Shown here: positions 14,298-27,874 of the stretch, in pieces
Numbering within the stretch: position 1 is the first letter of the stretch
Layout of the letters: each line of letters starts with the position of its first letter
Origin: Rotaria socialis
Taxonomy: Eukaryota
DNA length: 45,398 bases
Direction of reading: 5' to 3'
NCBI GenBank assembly: GCA_905331295.1
Contig: CAJNYD010000407.1
Span: 372,001-417,398, forward strand
Notes under the pieces: model-generated
What the model was told of the DNA's origin: nothing
The model's database searches: none
What the model saw: only the letters and a program-made list of their open reading frames with translations
Program-made: the position numbers and the translations under genes

Positions 14298-16369
14298 ATG
14301 CGTGATGAATCTCAACTAATGGCTACAACGTTAAATGCAACAACATCTCCTTCAAATTCAACATCTAATAATAATGTTGAAGGACTTAAATTAACCGAAG
14401 CTGTTGTTAAAACATTTCGTAATGCTCGTGTTTTTCATGAAAATACAGATAGAATAAATGCATTGGATTTTTCTGCTAATGGTGAAACATTAATTACAAG
14501 TAGTGATGATGACTCTATTGTTATATATGATTGTCAAGCTGGATCGTACGTATTCATGAGTTTTCTAACTTTCTCTTATGTATTCGTTAAATAATAAAAC
14601 AATTTACTATTGTTATTTGTTCAAGAGCTAAGAAGACCCTTAATAGCAAAAAATATGGTGTCGATCTAATTCGTTTTACACATGCAACAAATACAGTTAT
14701 ACATAGTTCAACAAAAATTGATGGTAATTTAAGAAATCTTTCTTAATGAATTTAACTGATAGTTATTTATTTTTTTAGATACGATTCGATTTTTATCATT
14801 ACATGATAACAAATATATTCGATATTTTCCTGGTCATGTTCGAAAGTAAAATCGAATATTTGAGTTTGTATTTGTAATTGATCATTTAATCTTTTTTTTC
14901 AATTAGAGTTATTGCATTATCAATGTCACCGGTCGATGATATATTCTTGTCTGGTTCTCTTGATAATACGATTCGATTATGGGATTTAAAATCAGCTAAC
15001 TGTGCAGTTAGTGTTCCGTGTTTTTAACAGTTTATTTACAATGATTGATAATGCATTTTTGTTATTTGACAGGGTCTGATGCATTTGAATGGTCGACCAG
15101 TTGCAAATTTTGATCCAGAGGTAAGATATTTTTTTAATATATTTAAAATCAATGATTAAATCTTATATACGTAGGGTCTTATTTTCGGTGCTGGCATTAC
15201 GTCTGAAATGATTAAATTGTATGATTTACGTTCATTCGATAAGGTTATTTTATTGGATTTGAATTTGCAAAAGAAAAATATTTCTATATTTTATAATAGG
15301 GTCCTTTTTCAACATTTCAATTACCAAAAGAGAAAGATTGTGAATGGACAAGTTTGAAATTTAGCGCCGATGGTAAAACCATTATGCTTACCACGAATGG
15401 TAATATTATTCGTTTAATTGATGCATTTACTGGACAACTTAAGCATACTTTATCGGTTTGTTGAAATACAATTAAATTCATAAATTAATTTACACTCATT
15501 ATCGTTTTGCTTGTATTACAGGGCTTTTCAAATACAAAAAATGTGCCCATCGAAGCTTCATTCAGTCCGGACGCTCAATTTGTCTTTTGTGGTGTGTAAA
15601 ATAGAATGAAAATATACGATAGTATTTTTGTTTTAACATGATCTAAAGGGAATAGTGAAAGAAAATATGAGAGATATGGTATTCTCCTCAAACTATGACA
15701 GATTCTCTAACTCGAGATATTGTACATTAATGATGTCTCGTTATAATATGTAGATAAGTTTTGTATTACTTTGAAATGCCAATAATCAATTGAAGAATGA
15801 CGTCTATAATTAGGATTGGGAAATTTCTTGACCTCACTTTGATTTTCATTGAGAGTTTTATCTGAATTTTTAAATATTTTTCTTAGTTCAAGGATTTATG
15901 AATTTTTGTAACTTTAACTTCTAAACTGATTTATACTGTTCATTAATATACTGAAATATCTAATAATTGACCTTCGACCTGATAAAAAAAAGAATGGTTA
16001 TTTCATAATTCTCAATTTAACAATCGGATTTGAAATAAATGAAAAAGAATATCTTTCTCGGATTAACTAGAACAATTATATTGTGTTTCAAACTTTTATC
16101 CTGTAGATATTGTATGAATAGTTATCAATCTATATTTAGGTGCCAGTGATGGTCGTATTCACTGTTGGAATGCTGAAACAGGTAATCGTGTATGTACACT
16201 TGTTTCTGATTCAATGTCTGGTCAAACAATCGTTTCTATGAATCCAAAATTTATGCTACTTGTTAGTGCATCGAATCAACTGGTATGCTTTTTTTTCCAT
16301 GGCTGTTTAAACTATTATTATTATTATCTTGTTTAGATTTTTTGGTTGCCACATCTTGATGATTTGTAA
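14298..16369 (+). CDS. WDR82: WD repeat protein 82 (Swd2; SET1/COMPASS and PNUTS-PP1 subunit), multi-exon
   Basis: [25 protein letters not shown]...[55 protein letters not shown]-terminal FWLP. Start could be ATG 14298 or 14319. Confidence 0.95.
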
Positions 16370-16576
16370 ACTAGACTAGGACATTTACAACTGTTGTTAT
16401 CGATGTTGTTTTTGTTTTTCTTTCTTGTTGTGTATATTGTTTCATGCTTGGTCATACTTTTTGTTTCTTTCTGTGTTTTTTTTCCTGCAAATTTGAAGAT
16501 TAAATAAGAAAAATAACGTGTTCTTAAAAAAGTCTAAGTGAAAATTTAGCGTCAAATTTATTTTAAAATGATAGTT

Positions 16577-17991
16577 TTATTTTGGTGCTGGTTCAGAAAA
16601 TAATTTGGCCATATCAAGTCTTATATGAGCTCGTTTGTATGCTTCCAATGGCCCTTGTGGGTCATCGGGTGCGCTGTATGCGACATAAGCAGCATTTTCA
16701 CCATAGTCAAGAACGAAATTAATTGCATTACCGGTTTCTGCAACACTCGTAATATTTTGAATGATAATTTCTGGACTCAATTGGCCATAACCTTTGACAA
16801 GCAAACTACCTAAACATGGATCATCTGATGGTTGAACATGTTTATCCCAATAGACAACATTTTTCAATCGTGGATGATGTGGTGTATCAAACATATCTTC
16901 CCAATTGTAGATATTCAATTCATTTGCACTATATTCAATACCACGAAATCCAATATTTTCATCATTCATAGCTGATACATTGCGTTCATATGAACCAAGT
17001 CCAAGATGAATTGAGCACGTTCGATGAGCATTAGTAAACATTGTTAAAGCTGAATCAATCGAATGTGAAAATTGAAGAACGTCACGAAGAACATAAGTCC
17101 ATGGATTTCCAAAACGTGTTGTTATATCTTGTTCTTTTGTAATCCATACTTTTTCGCCTAAACCAATTGAAGCTTCACTATAGCCACCGATCGATCCAAT
17201 CATACCCAGATAACCAATATTAGCAAATGCGTGTGATTTATAATTTTCTTGTTTATAAAACTCATGAAAATGATCCGCATAACCCTCGTAGGATGCATTT
17301 GGATGATAGATAGTTACTATGGCATAGTTAGCAAGAGGAGCTTGATCGTCCCAATCAAGTGATCGTACATGAAGTAATGCTGATGTTAACGTTGATTCGC
17401 CCCATGCACCGAGAACAGTACACGCAGCTTTGATTAGTTCTGGAATTAAATTCAACCGACGAATATTTTGATAAGATACACCACTACCAGCAGCAATACC
17501 TCGAATTTCTTCATCAAACCAAGGAGGTGTATAGATACGCGTTATTTCATAATTCAAATCAAGAGCACCTGGTATACCTAGTTCTGCAATCCATTTTGCA
17601 ACAAACTGGGCAAAGAAAAAATATTATTTTGAGGAAAACAAAATTGAATTTTAAAAAATTTTACTGGTGGTAGTTTTTTCAATTCATCTTCAATTGTTTT
17701 ATCCAAATAACCAAAATATTCAGGAATAAGTATATTCAATTCTTTACTCATCAATGAACCTAATGCATAACCCATATCGTATGGTGTACCGCCATAGACA
17801 TGAACAATATTAATTTTAGTGTAATCTGTTCCAACAACAAACCGTTTTCCATTTGGTACAGAACTTACAAAAGTGGGCTCATCTCGTATTATTGGATTTG
17901 TATTATAATTACCCGTACAACTTGGATCAAGTAAATGAACCGGATATATAACAGCAAAAAGACAAAATAATGAGAGATGTATGCTACTCAT
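16577..17991 (-). CDS. Secreted/lysosomal Ntn-hydrolase of the acid ceramidase/NAAA/peptidase C45 group (Dictyostelium dcd1-like); 2 exons (17991-17665, 17605-16577)
   Basis: Signal peptide MSSIHLSLFCLFAVIYPVHL; HVYGGTPYDMGYALG; EEIRGIA; autocleavage nucleophile motif ELIKAACTVLGAWG followed by HVRSLDW; 59-nt GT-AG intron keeps frame. Confidence 0.8.
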
Positions 17992-18537
17992 ATCTACGAG
18001 GTCTAAGCGAATACTGTTTGCTATTAGAAATAGTTTGAAGAAAGCTGACAGAAGGTTTATTCTCACAATCACATTGATTTATGAAGAAATACACATATGT
18101 TGCATGTGCATTTGTTTTTACTTATTTGATGCGTTATCAGGATAATATTTAAAGTACTTCAGCATGAAAAAGTATTCCTTTTTTTTTTATAAATCTTAGT
18201 ACATGAAATATAGCTTACTGTTTTATGACTATTAATATATTTATTTTTAATTTTCTCTCGATAATATAGTCATAAAATTCAATAGATTCACAACAGGCCA
18301 ATATATAATTGAAAACATTTTCCCATTCATTTGAATATTTGTTTATTTTCGTTTGAAAGTCAACATATTATTCAAGTAAAAAGAAGTCTTATATACATTT
18401 GGTCGATAGATTTCAATGGTTCTTGCCGATCATCCTGTACATTGTATGCGAAAGAAATAACATTTTTACTAGAAGCAAAAATTTAATTGAGCATATTTTC
18501 TATTTCTAGTAAAGTAAATAGATTTCAAAATGTACTT

Positions 18538-18920
18538 TAAAGAATGTCACCCTCAGTGTTTTTGAAATATCTTGCTCAAATTGTGGCGTAGATACTTCAG
18601 TTTTTTTCTAAAAGGTAGCCCGTGCAATTCTCTAGAAAACCTAGTGAAAAGAGCTGCTCGAACGATTAGCTATGAAAGTATATCCAGTCAACATTGCAAT
18701 GTCCCAAAATGGCTCACTTTCAAATGCGCATTTTTAGAAAATTAATTATTTCATTTCTTCTAGAAAATCGGATACGAAACCCAATTCTAATGCAAGTTTT
18801 CTGTGTTTTCGAGTGTACTCTTTCTAACAAAGCTTCAAAGAAGTATTTAGATACTTAAAATCTTGATGAAACTTAATAATCGATGATTCTCATAACGTAA
18901 ACAGAAGGTGACATTCTTTA
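18538..18920. mobile_element. MITE of about 380 bp with terminal inverted repeats and probable TA target duplication
   Basis: TAAAGAATGTCACC (18538-18551) and GGTGACATTCTTTA (18907-18920) are a perfect 14-bp inverted pair, with imperfect extension inward; non-coding interior. Confidence 0.7.
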
Positions 18921-19667
18921 TGATCCATTCGTTATATAAATGTAGATGATTGAATATAAAGAATTAAGAGAGGACGTGCAGTATAGAATGATTTCGTGTA
19001 TAATACGTAGGATTGTTATATTCAATTGCAACAAGAATGCACGTTTTTCTTTCGCTAAAACTCCATAATGATTAAAATAATAGTTACTCTTAAGAGAAAC
19101 CGTCAAAATAAATAGATAATAGATATTATCGTGTTGTTGTTTTTTAGTCTATCAAGAAAAATCTATTAACAGATATATATATATGTAGTAAATATAATCT
19201 TAATTTTTATTTGAAATTCCTTTAGTAACGGACAAATAAAAAAAAATACGAATAAGAAGGAAACTATTTCATATCAAGCTTTTATATATTTCGCGAAAAA
19301 AACTAGAAAAATCTATTTCACACCTATAAATACAACCGGTCTATCTATAGCCGTCTATAAGAAACCGAAAAAAAACTGTTGTGCAATCGGAAGAAGCGAA
19401 CATTCGAGAAATAATAAAGAATAACCTATTTAAATCTGCACAAAACAAACAAAATGAAAATGCATACTGAAAAAAAAATTCTCTATCGATTTCACACAAA
19501 AAACAAAAGCATAGGATAAGTAAACGAAAGGATGCGCATACATTCATCAATAAGTTCAAGATAAGAAACAAATTAATTGCACAATTATACAATGAAATGA
19601 AAAAAAACTAACGTGCAAAATTCGTCTCGAATCTTGTTGAAAGTCAATAACGAAAAGCTTTCTATTT

Positions 19668-22600
19668 TCAATGTGTTGATGATTTTGAATTTGATGTTAA
19701 TTGATCGATTACATTAGGAGCAAACACTTTACGTGCTGCATTTAATACTGCTTCTCTTGTAACAAGAGTTGGTTGTGAACTCCAATGATTAGTTTTTGTT
19801 AGTATCGGTTGATAACCATTGGCTGTTTGATACATCGCTGATGAATTTGTATTATTACCAAGTGTTGACATCATCGTATTCGACCATCTTCCTGAATCGG
19901 TTAATACTTGATTAGGCATTGTTTCATAAGATTCATACATTCTTGGCGCATTACGATTAATTGTACGAATATTTCTTACAACTGGAGCAACATCAGCAAC
20001 CGATAGTTTTGTTAAATCAACTGTTGCTGTTTTTGCATATTGCTTTTGTTTATCATCTATGTTTGATATCGGAAGAAGAGACATATAGTCACGTTGAGTT
20101 TGTCGTAGTTCTTTTAATGTTTGTTCCATTTCTACAACATCACTATCTGTGTCACTTAATCGTTCAGCATCATCATTGTCATGAAAACCATTTGCATTTT
20201 TGCTAGTCAGTTTTTTTGGATCAAAATTTTCATCATCCTCATCATCGTCGTCGTCATCGTCGTTGTTTTCAGTGGCATTCGTGAGAGATCTGTGAGCATT
20301 TGATAAATTTATTTGCCGATGACTTTCATCAATAGCTTTCAATTGTATTTCAGCATCTTGTAATTTTCTTTCAACTGCTCCTTTATCATTACGTAGTTGA
20401 TCTAAGGCTTTCTGTAATGTTGAACAATGATTATCTTTCTATAAAAGACAAATACAATTACATCATCATATTTGTTAGATTTCCAACTTATGAAAAGAGA
20501 TCTCTTTATGGTGCACTTCAATTCAATTCAGACATCCTTTATTTTACATATCTCTACTACTTTCTTAAGTTCTTGCATTTCTTTTTCTTATTATTGCTTC
20601 ATTTGTAATCAGAAATTCGTCAAGACAGAGTCTTGTTCGTTGATTTTTTTAACTCTGAAATTTTGATTTATTATGCAAAATAAATCAGATTGAGAAAATA
20701 ATAATAATGACCAGACATGGGTCACATTGAAAAAGAGACTGTTGTGTAAAAATTTATAAATGTGAATGATTTCGGCGAAGACATTAAACTGAGTAACTAT
20801 GCAAATAGAACTCGTCGTCAATAATTTAGTCAGTGTTTCTCAATAATATCATGATCAAAATTACTTCCAGCATTTTACATTTATACATAATCTGTTAGGG
20901 TTCTAACGGGTGAATGACTTATTTTCCTAGGTTTTGTCATCGATGGTCTAATATTTGTCAGCATACTGGATATTTCACAATTGATAAACATATTTGGAGA
21001 CAATGAAATGCCGACTGCTACTATTTTTTTAAGATTAGAAATGTTTGACTAAGTTAATCATGCGATTTATGCAAAATTAGCTCAGTTCTTGAATGTAGTA
21101 TTCATCGGGTGCAGATGTCTAGTATTGCTCCATTGTGAAACGTAAAGTTGAGTAAGTGTTAGAAAGATCTTCTCCGTGCGTCAGACTAAAGGATACACAA
21201 AAATATATCTATCATGTACGTCCTTCTGTTCTCAGGTACTGATTTTAGTATTTCCCCAATCGGATAGTATCAAGAGAGACTGAAATAGAAACTTCTTACG
21301 TCTCAATGAGAAATAGACAGAGGTTTTTAGAGAATAAGGCAAAGGTAAGAAAATAATTTATCATGTATCTCTCTAATAAATAGTTAATATATCATTGTTA
21401 GTGATCTCAATAAAAGTCAAGTGTTAACGCAAGCTTTTATCGGTTTAAAACTTTGATAATTTTTAGATTTTATGATTGGAAAAAGCAACTTCGGTAATAA
21501 GTAGATTTAAGCATACCTCTTTCAAATGCTGTTCTAATTTTTCTCTATCAGCTTTGATTTGTTCATGACGTCGATTTAAATCGTCAATTTCATTTTTATG
21601 CCGATTTTCTATTAGACGTAATCTCTATCAAAAACAAAAGAAATAAAAATTCCTACGCATGCATAAGATGATACATCTATAAAAAACAAATAGAACCTCT
21701 TCAAATTCGCTTTTTTCTCGATTGAGTTTATCTTGTAAAGAACGAATTTGTGTATTTGCATTATTGTGTTGATCAAGCGAATTTTTATATACATTCAGAT
21801 CTGATTGCATACTTTCTCTACAATTAAAGACCATTTTCGATTTATTTCTAAATCATTCTATTCTACTTTTCCATTACCGTAACTTTTTTTGATAGTCTTC
21901 CTTTTCTCTTTCAATGTTTTGTTTGATATTATTTAATTCTTCTTGTTTTCGATTTTCCAATCTATCTTTTTCACGTGCAATATTTTCATGGATATATTTT
22001 TCGATTGAACTAAATGTTATAAAACAATTAAATGAAGTTTATTGTTCTATGAAATTGATCCTACGCTAAATCTGCTTTCATTTTATCACGTAACATTTGT
22101 TCTTCTTTTTCTTTTGCCAACTTTAATTCTTTGTTCAATCTTTCAATATAAATTCGATTATCTTCAAGTATCTGTAATTTTTCTTCATTAGCTGATCTTT
22201 ATAATGAAATAAAATTCAAATTTTTAAATGAAATAAAAAATAAATCTACTTACTGTTCAAGTCGTGATCGTAATTGAGTTAGATCATATTCTTCACGTGG
22301 TGTAACTAATGTATCGTCCTAAAGAAATTTTAATTAAAAGTCATAGATCATAATGTATATTTACGTTAGTTAAATTAGTTACATGTTTATTCACATTAGT
22401 AGTTGATGGATGACGTAGAGCACCTTCCGCTGCTATTTCAGCACGATTTTTTCGAACATTTTCTTCATTATTATGATTCGGAGAATCTTTTCTATTATCA
22501 ACTTTTCTGTCTATAATATATATATTATACATATATGTATGCATATATTTAATATATATTTGTAAGGATATTTAAAGATAGTATACCTGTATGTTCGAAT

Positions 22601-24746
22601 GAATTCATTGTACGAGATGCAGACATTGTTGATGTTGTAATGGCTTCTTTTTCTTTTCGTTCGATACGTGCCGAAAGTAAAGGGTCAATACCTAATTTTT
22701 ATAGAAATAGAAAAATTATCTATCCTAATTTTCTAGAATATATCATTATTTACCGAAATCAATTCTTCTTCTGAAATCATCGCTACTTTGTTCTTCATCA
22801 TCATTGTCGCTGTTCATCAATTCTTCAATTTCATCATTATCACTATTTACATATTGAGCATCTAGTCAAAAATAATTTTCACAATTTGAAGATCGATTTT
22901 CCCTTTTTGTTGTTGTTGTTTATTACCTAATCTATTAGCTTGTGCTTCAGTTCTCGTCACAACCGGTGTGTTAACATGAGTTCCCATTTGAAATGATTTT
23001 TTGCCACCTGATAAATAATCACTTACGGTCGATGTACTTCTGCCAGTTTGAGTGAGAGTGTCTGAACATGAAAATAATTTTTTATAGAATTCTAGTATGA
23101 AATGTTATTCTCGTTTAATCGGTAGACGTGATGAACGGTTTTAGTAATAATAATAATACTTAGTAGTTTCATAAGTCTCTTATTATCAAAACATTTATGA
23201 CATCGGATCAATAGTAAATTTTTCTGTTATATTAATAAAAAATTTTTAATTCTTTTATATAAAATGTAATTATAATAAAAGATATTTGATTAATGAATAG
23301 AATCGTATTCATTGTATTAGAAAACTCTTAGTAAGTATGTAAAAAGAATATATATATATATATAGAATTTTTCTACAGAATTTCAAGGTGACACCTCATC
23401 GTTACTAATAGTTTCAAATCGATTAATATATTTTTAAGAAAGAAGAAAATATTTGAAGAGTGCATATCAATTTACTTGTTGACATTTCAAAACTCATAGA
23501 CATTAGTATTAAACTTATACGATAATTTATCAAGAATGAAGCATATTTAACTTATACCATTATAATTTAGACTTTGTACTTCTATGATATCAAGGCAATC
23601 GATTAATCATCACTATTTAAATATCAACTAAGTCACAACATATTTGATTACTCATAATCGCAGTCATGAATACAAATTGGAATGATTGAGAATTTATTGT
23701 AGAAATCTAATGACATTTGAATATATATTATATCTGTGCGTACTTGTGTGCATAGGTTAGGCACAAGTCAAATAATAGTAGTTGGATCGGCAGGAATGAT
23801 ATGCTCGTGTGAAATCTTCTCTGGAGTAATTTGAAGCTAGAGTACGTCAGGGGCACATAAGAGCAAAATTATGGAATACGTTTATGCTTATCGAAACTTC
23901 TTTGAAATCTTTTATTTTCATTGAACCGTGAAAACAGGCAGATTCAAAAAGAAACCCAACATCGCTTCATTTTTATTGCTGACGTCGTACTCATGTGATG
24001 TTATTACTTAGAATAATGGAAGAAACTATTATTATAAAATTATGTTTGATAAACACTTCATCTAGGTAATACGATAGAATGTAGTTTATTCAAAATCGAG
24101 GTTCGCTCATTCGAGTTTCAAGCAGCTAAAGAAAGGTTTAGAAAAAAGAAACCAGAAAGACACACAGATGAATCTCATAAAAAGCAAAAGTTTATATTGA
24201 TAAGGATCTAGATTATTTTCAAAAGCTTAATGGAATATAATTTTAGAAAATAATCAAAATAATGGGATCTACCTCTTGGATTCGTATTGAGTAATGTGTT
24301 TGATCCAGATAATTTTCGTCTTGAAAAATAAAAAACAAAGATTTGATAGTGACGAAGAACATGAAAATATGATAAAACATACCGTTCTTCAGTAACTCGT
24401 GTTTTATAAATTTCATCACATGGATGATCCCATGATGCTTTGCCAGTATCAAAATTAAAATAATATAATTCTCCTTTCTCTTCTTGACATGGTTTCCAAC
24501 CAGGTGGTAAAGGTTTCATAATACCTTCTTTAGCTAACCACAGAAGATGACGTTCCTATTGAAAAGAAATTTTCAGTAGGATGATGTTTGAGATTTCGTT
24601 TTTTGCTACTAATTTACTTTATCTGGATTGATTCCAATGTAAATTGCATATTCGCGGATTTCGTCGTCAGTAGGTTCATAATTCTCATCAAATTGTTCTT
24701 GTAAAATCGTTTGATTATTGATTTTATACTCTGGATATGTAATCAT
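19668..24746 (-). CDS. CEP164: Centrosomal distal-appendage protein CEP164-like (N-terminal WW domain, coiled coil), multi-exon
   Basis: Spliced N-terminus ILQEQFDENYEPTDDEIREYAIYIGINPDKERHLLWLAKEGIMKPLPPGWKPCQEEKGELYYFNFDTGKASWDHPCDEIYK matches the CEP164 TTBK2-binding region; E/K/Q-rich coiled-coil exons follow; terminal exon is ORF 19668-20342. Some internal boundaries approximate. Confidence 0.88.
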
Positions 24747-24947
24747 TGTGTAATACGAGATGACTTTGTCTTTTCTTACTCACAATGACAAAAAACAAAG
24801 TTATATATAGATTTAAAATTATGATAGTTGGTTTTTTTCTCTTCAAATATCTTGTTGAATCATCAAATTGAAGGTCTTCTTGTTTTTATTTTTATACTTC
24901 ACTTCTTTTTTTCCCTTCTTTTCTCGTCTTATTTCATAGCACCGATT

Positions 24948-24962
24948 GTTGTCACAGGAAAC
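24948..24962. promoter_or_regulatory. Candidate RFX X-box upstream of CEP164
   Basis: GTTGTC-ACA-GGAAAC fits the imperfect palindromic X-box consensus and sits about 200 bp upstream of a ciliary gene start. Confidence 0.55.
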
Positions 24963-25180
24963 AGGCCTGACACTTTCTTTTTCCATTAGATGTCAGTGAT
25001 GAACATGAATTCAATGAATACCATATTTCTTTTTTTTTGTTCATATCTTATTTAATGTTTGACTTATTTTAGTAACTCGAATCGCATAATTTATTATTTT
25101 TTTTAAAGAGTCTTTTTAATTAATTACAACGACATGCGTATAATGAATAAAATGAAAAGTTTTTTTTGTCTGTATGATGT

Positions 25181-25680
25181 TTAACCGTGAACGAAACGTT
25201 TGCCATGAACAAATCGTTTTTCGAGGAGATCGTCTTCGTCATTTTGTTGTTCAACGTTATCGTTTACTGATCGACCATGAACGAAGCGTTTTAAATAGGA
25301 TCTAAAACTAATTTTTTATTAAAGCACTAACAATTCAGCAAAGCAAATTTTTCTTACCGTTTAGCCAAGAATTGATCATTCATACAAAGCTGTTGACAAA
25401 ACTTGTTGATATCATCTTCGGATTCACTGAATACCGATCGAACAACACGTTTATTGGATCTAAAGGAATTTTAATATAAAGAAAAGAAAATATATATTAC
25501 TGAATTATTATTTACGCTGCTTTTGAATCAGCTGACTAGAATAGAAAAATTCACAAGTTACAGTAAGTAAAATAATATAATTATTTGAAAACTTACACTA
25601 GATTCGGAAAGAACAGTAGTGAAAAGTAGGAAGACAAGGCACATGGCCATAGTTAATCGGACAATAGTATTAGATTGCAT
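25181..25680 (-). CDS. Neuropeptide precursor, 108 aa, 3x KR-FVHG; 4 exons (25680-25597, 25535-25516, 25459-25358, 25301-25181)
   Basis: Manual splicing gives MQSNTIVRLTMAMCLVFLLFTTVLSESSSADSKAASNKRVVRSVFSESEDDINKFCQQLCMNDQFLAKRSYLKRFVHGRSVNDNVEQQNDEDDLLEKRFVHGKRFVHG-stop: signal peptide, dibasic sites, Gly donors, acidic spacer; three GT-AG introns keep frame. Confidence 0.85.
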
Positions 25681-27456
25681 GATGATGAAGATGATGAGGT
25701 AGTGTTCACTCGAAATAAAATATTAGAATAAATGTTTTCTGAATTATTACTTTCCACTTATACTGCAACTCAGAAAAAAACCAGATGAGAAAATAATATC
25801 ATCGTACGTGGGATGTATTTCTCTCGATGGAATCCTAAAAAAATTATTTTTTCCCCACATCATCGTTAATGAACAACAACCATTCGTTTCATTATCAGTT
25901 TAAACCCATCTTTCCACATAAACCGATGGCATCGAACTAATTTAATTGCAGTTTCCAATTCGAATATTTTGACAATTATATACCTCATTACGAGTCTATT
26001 AAAGACTCTCGAGTATCTAAACGATAAATATGAATGATGAGTCTAATTTACGAACTAAATTAGTTGATATATTTATCGTTTCGATCTTAGCATCTATAGC
26101 ACTAATAAAGCCCAATAACGACCAGTAAAAATATATCAATAACTTATAAATTATACAGAGAAAATGCAATTTTATTTTTCTATTAAAAATCAACAGAAAT
26201 TTTTAACATCTTCGAAAGTCCTTTTTGTAGTTGAAAAATATCCATTTTTCTGTCAGAAGTTACTATGAATAAATATTAGAATTGATTTTGACTCCTGCAA
26301 TAATTTTGCTATATTGATTGAAACACATTCCATCAGCAAGTCTGATGCAACACTGTTTCATGAAATGTATACAACCACCTGGTCTTCGGAAATATTATTG
26401 CAATAAAAGAGATGAACAGATAATTGAATGGTTCATAAAATAATATCAACAAAATATTTATCTAATTTTTATTTTATTAAATTAAAAATTTCTAAATATT
26501 CAAAAACGCATGTTTGCCTATTTCGTGAAGTTCTACTGATATTATTTTCAAGTTCTTTCATCTTCGCGACGTGAAGTCAAAAAATCTCTCCTTGATGTAT
26601 CCATCACTAGCTACGTGTAACATTTCGATTGGAGTTGAAAATATTTTGCATAGAGTGAACATTCTGTCAATGTTAGGATCCGAGAATGTGAATGAAATAT
26701 ACACATAGTGCATATAGATTTTTTCTTTTGAAAATAATACAAAATGCAATGGGCTAAATTGAAAAACATATTACTTGAAAACAATGAGAATTAAATTTAT
26801 CAGTAATCATGAACGATCAACTTAAATAATTGCTTTTGCGAATTCATAGAAATGTTTTCTCTATAGATGCCAAAGTATCTCAATATTCTACTGCGACAAT
26901 ACTGAAAGAAATTCATAGATTTCTATCAGTAAACTGAAAATCGTGTACCTAAGTAAAGTTAAGTTAGAATCATCTAAACATTGCAGAAACCTAGGTTTAT
27001 AAATATCATCGAATTCACCAATAGGGTTTATTCTATTATTTAATTTACTAAATTCTAAGAGATCCATTAAGTAAATTCATTTTACTTTGTATTATCACTG
27101 ATCCAATGGAGTTCAACTACTTATTGAAATATCTTGAAATAGTTCGATTATTTGACAAGAAAATTTGGATAAGATAGATTATTTTACATGATGAATACAT
27201 AATACGGAGCAATTTTTCAATATTTTCTTTTTTATGTTCATGACTTGGCTGTGCCATATATACTTGATTTTGTTGCTTTTACATTAAACCTGAAGTATTA
27301 AATTTGTATTACCACAAAAACAAACCAAACGAATAAAATAAAATGAGATGTGTTTATTAATAAGATTTTGAAAGGAAAAAATGCAAGCATTCTCTAAATA
27401 GCTGAGAAGAAATTGAAATGAAGTCTTGAATAAGATTGATTCAGGTTTGTTTTCTT

Positions 27457-27874
27457 TTAATCTTCCAATGCATTCGCTTTTCTTAATTTTTTTTCAAGTT
27501 CACCTTTCCTCTCTAATCTTTCTGTATCATCACCACCACCAATACATTCTCCACCAATAAATACACGTGGAACAGTATCTTCACCTGTCATTCTTCCAAG
27601 TACATCCATGTATTCATCGTCATCTTTTATTTTGTCAAGTTCAATCACTTTATAATCTTTTAGTTTGTATTTGCCAAGAATTTTTTTTGCTTTGACACAG
27701 TATGGACCTGCAATAAGCAAAACAAAAAAAAGAATTAGCAATTTTTTTATTTTTAGAAAAAGTAGATTTTTACGTACAATGAATTTTAGAAAAGACCATA
27801 ACTTTATTCTCTTTAATTAATTTTTTGATTTCATCTTCTACGCTAGCTTTGTCGCCTGAACCACTCGATGACAT
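27457..27874 (-). CDS. GLRX: Dithiol glutaredoxin (CPYC); 2 exons (27874-27778, 27707-27457)
   Basis: KVMVFSKIHC|PYCVKAKKIL (first Cys codon split by the intron), TVPRVFIGGECIGGGDD. Confidence 0.93.

Noticed and set aside
27457..27741. Monothiol GPYC glutaredoxin suggested by the ORF track
   Set aside because: Splicing restores T|GT (Cys), giving a standard CPYC site.
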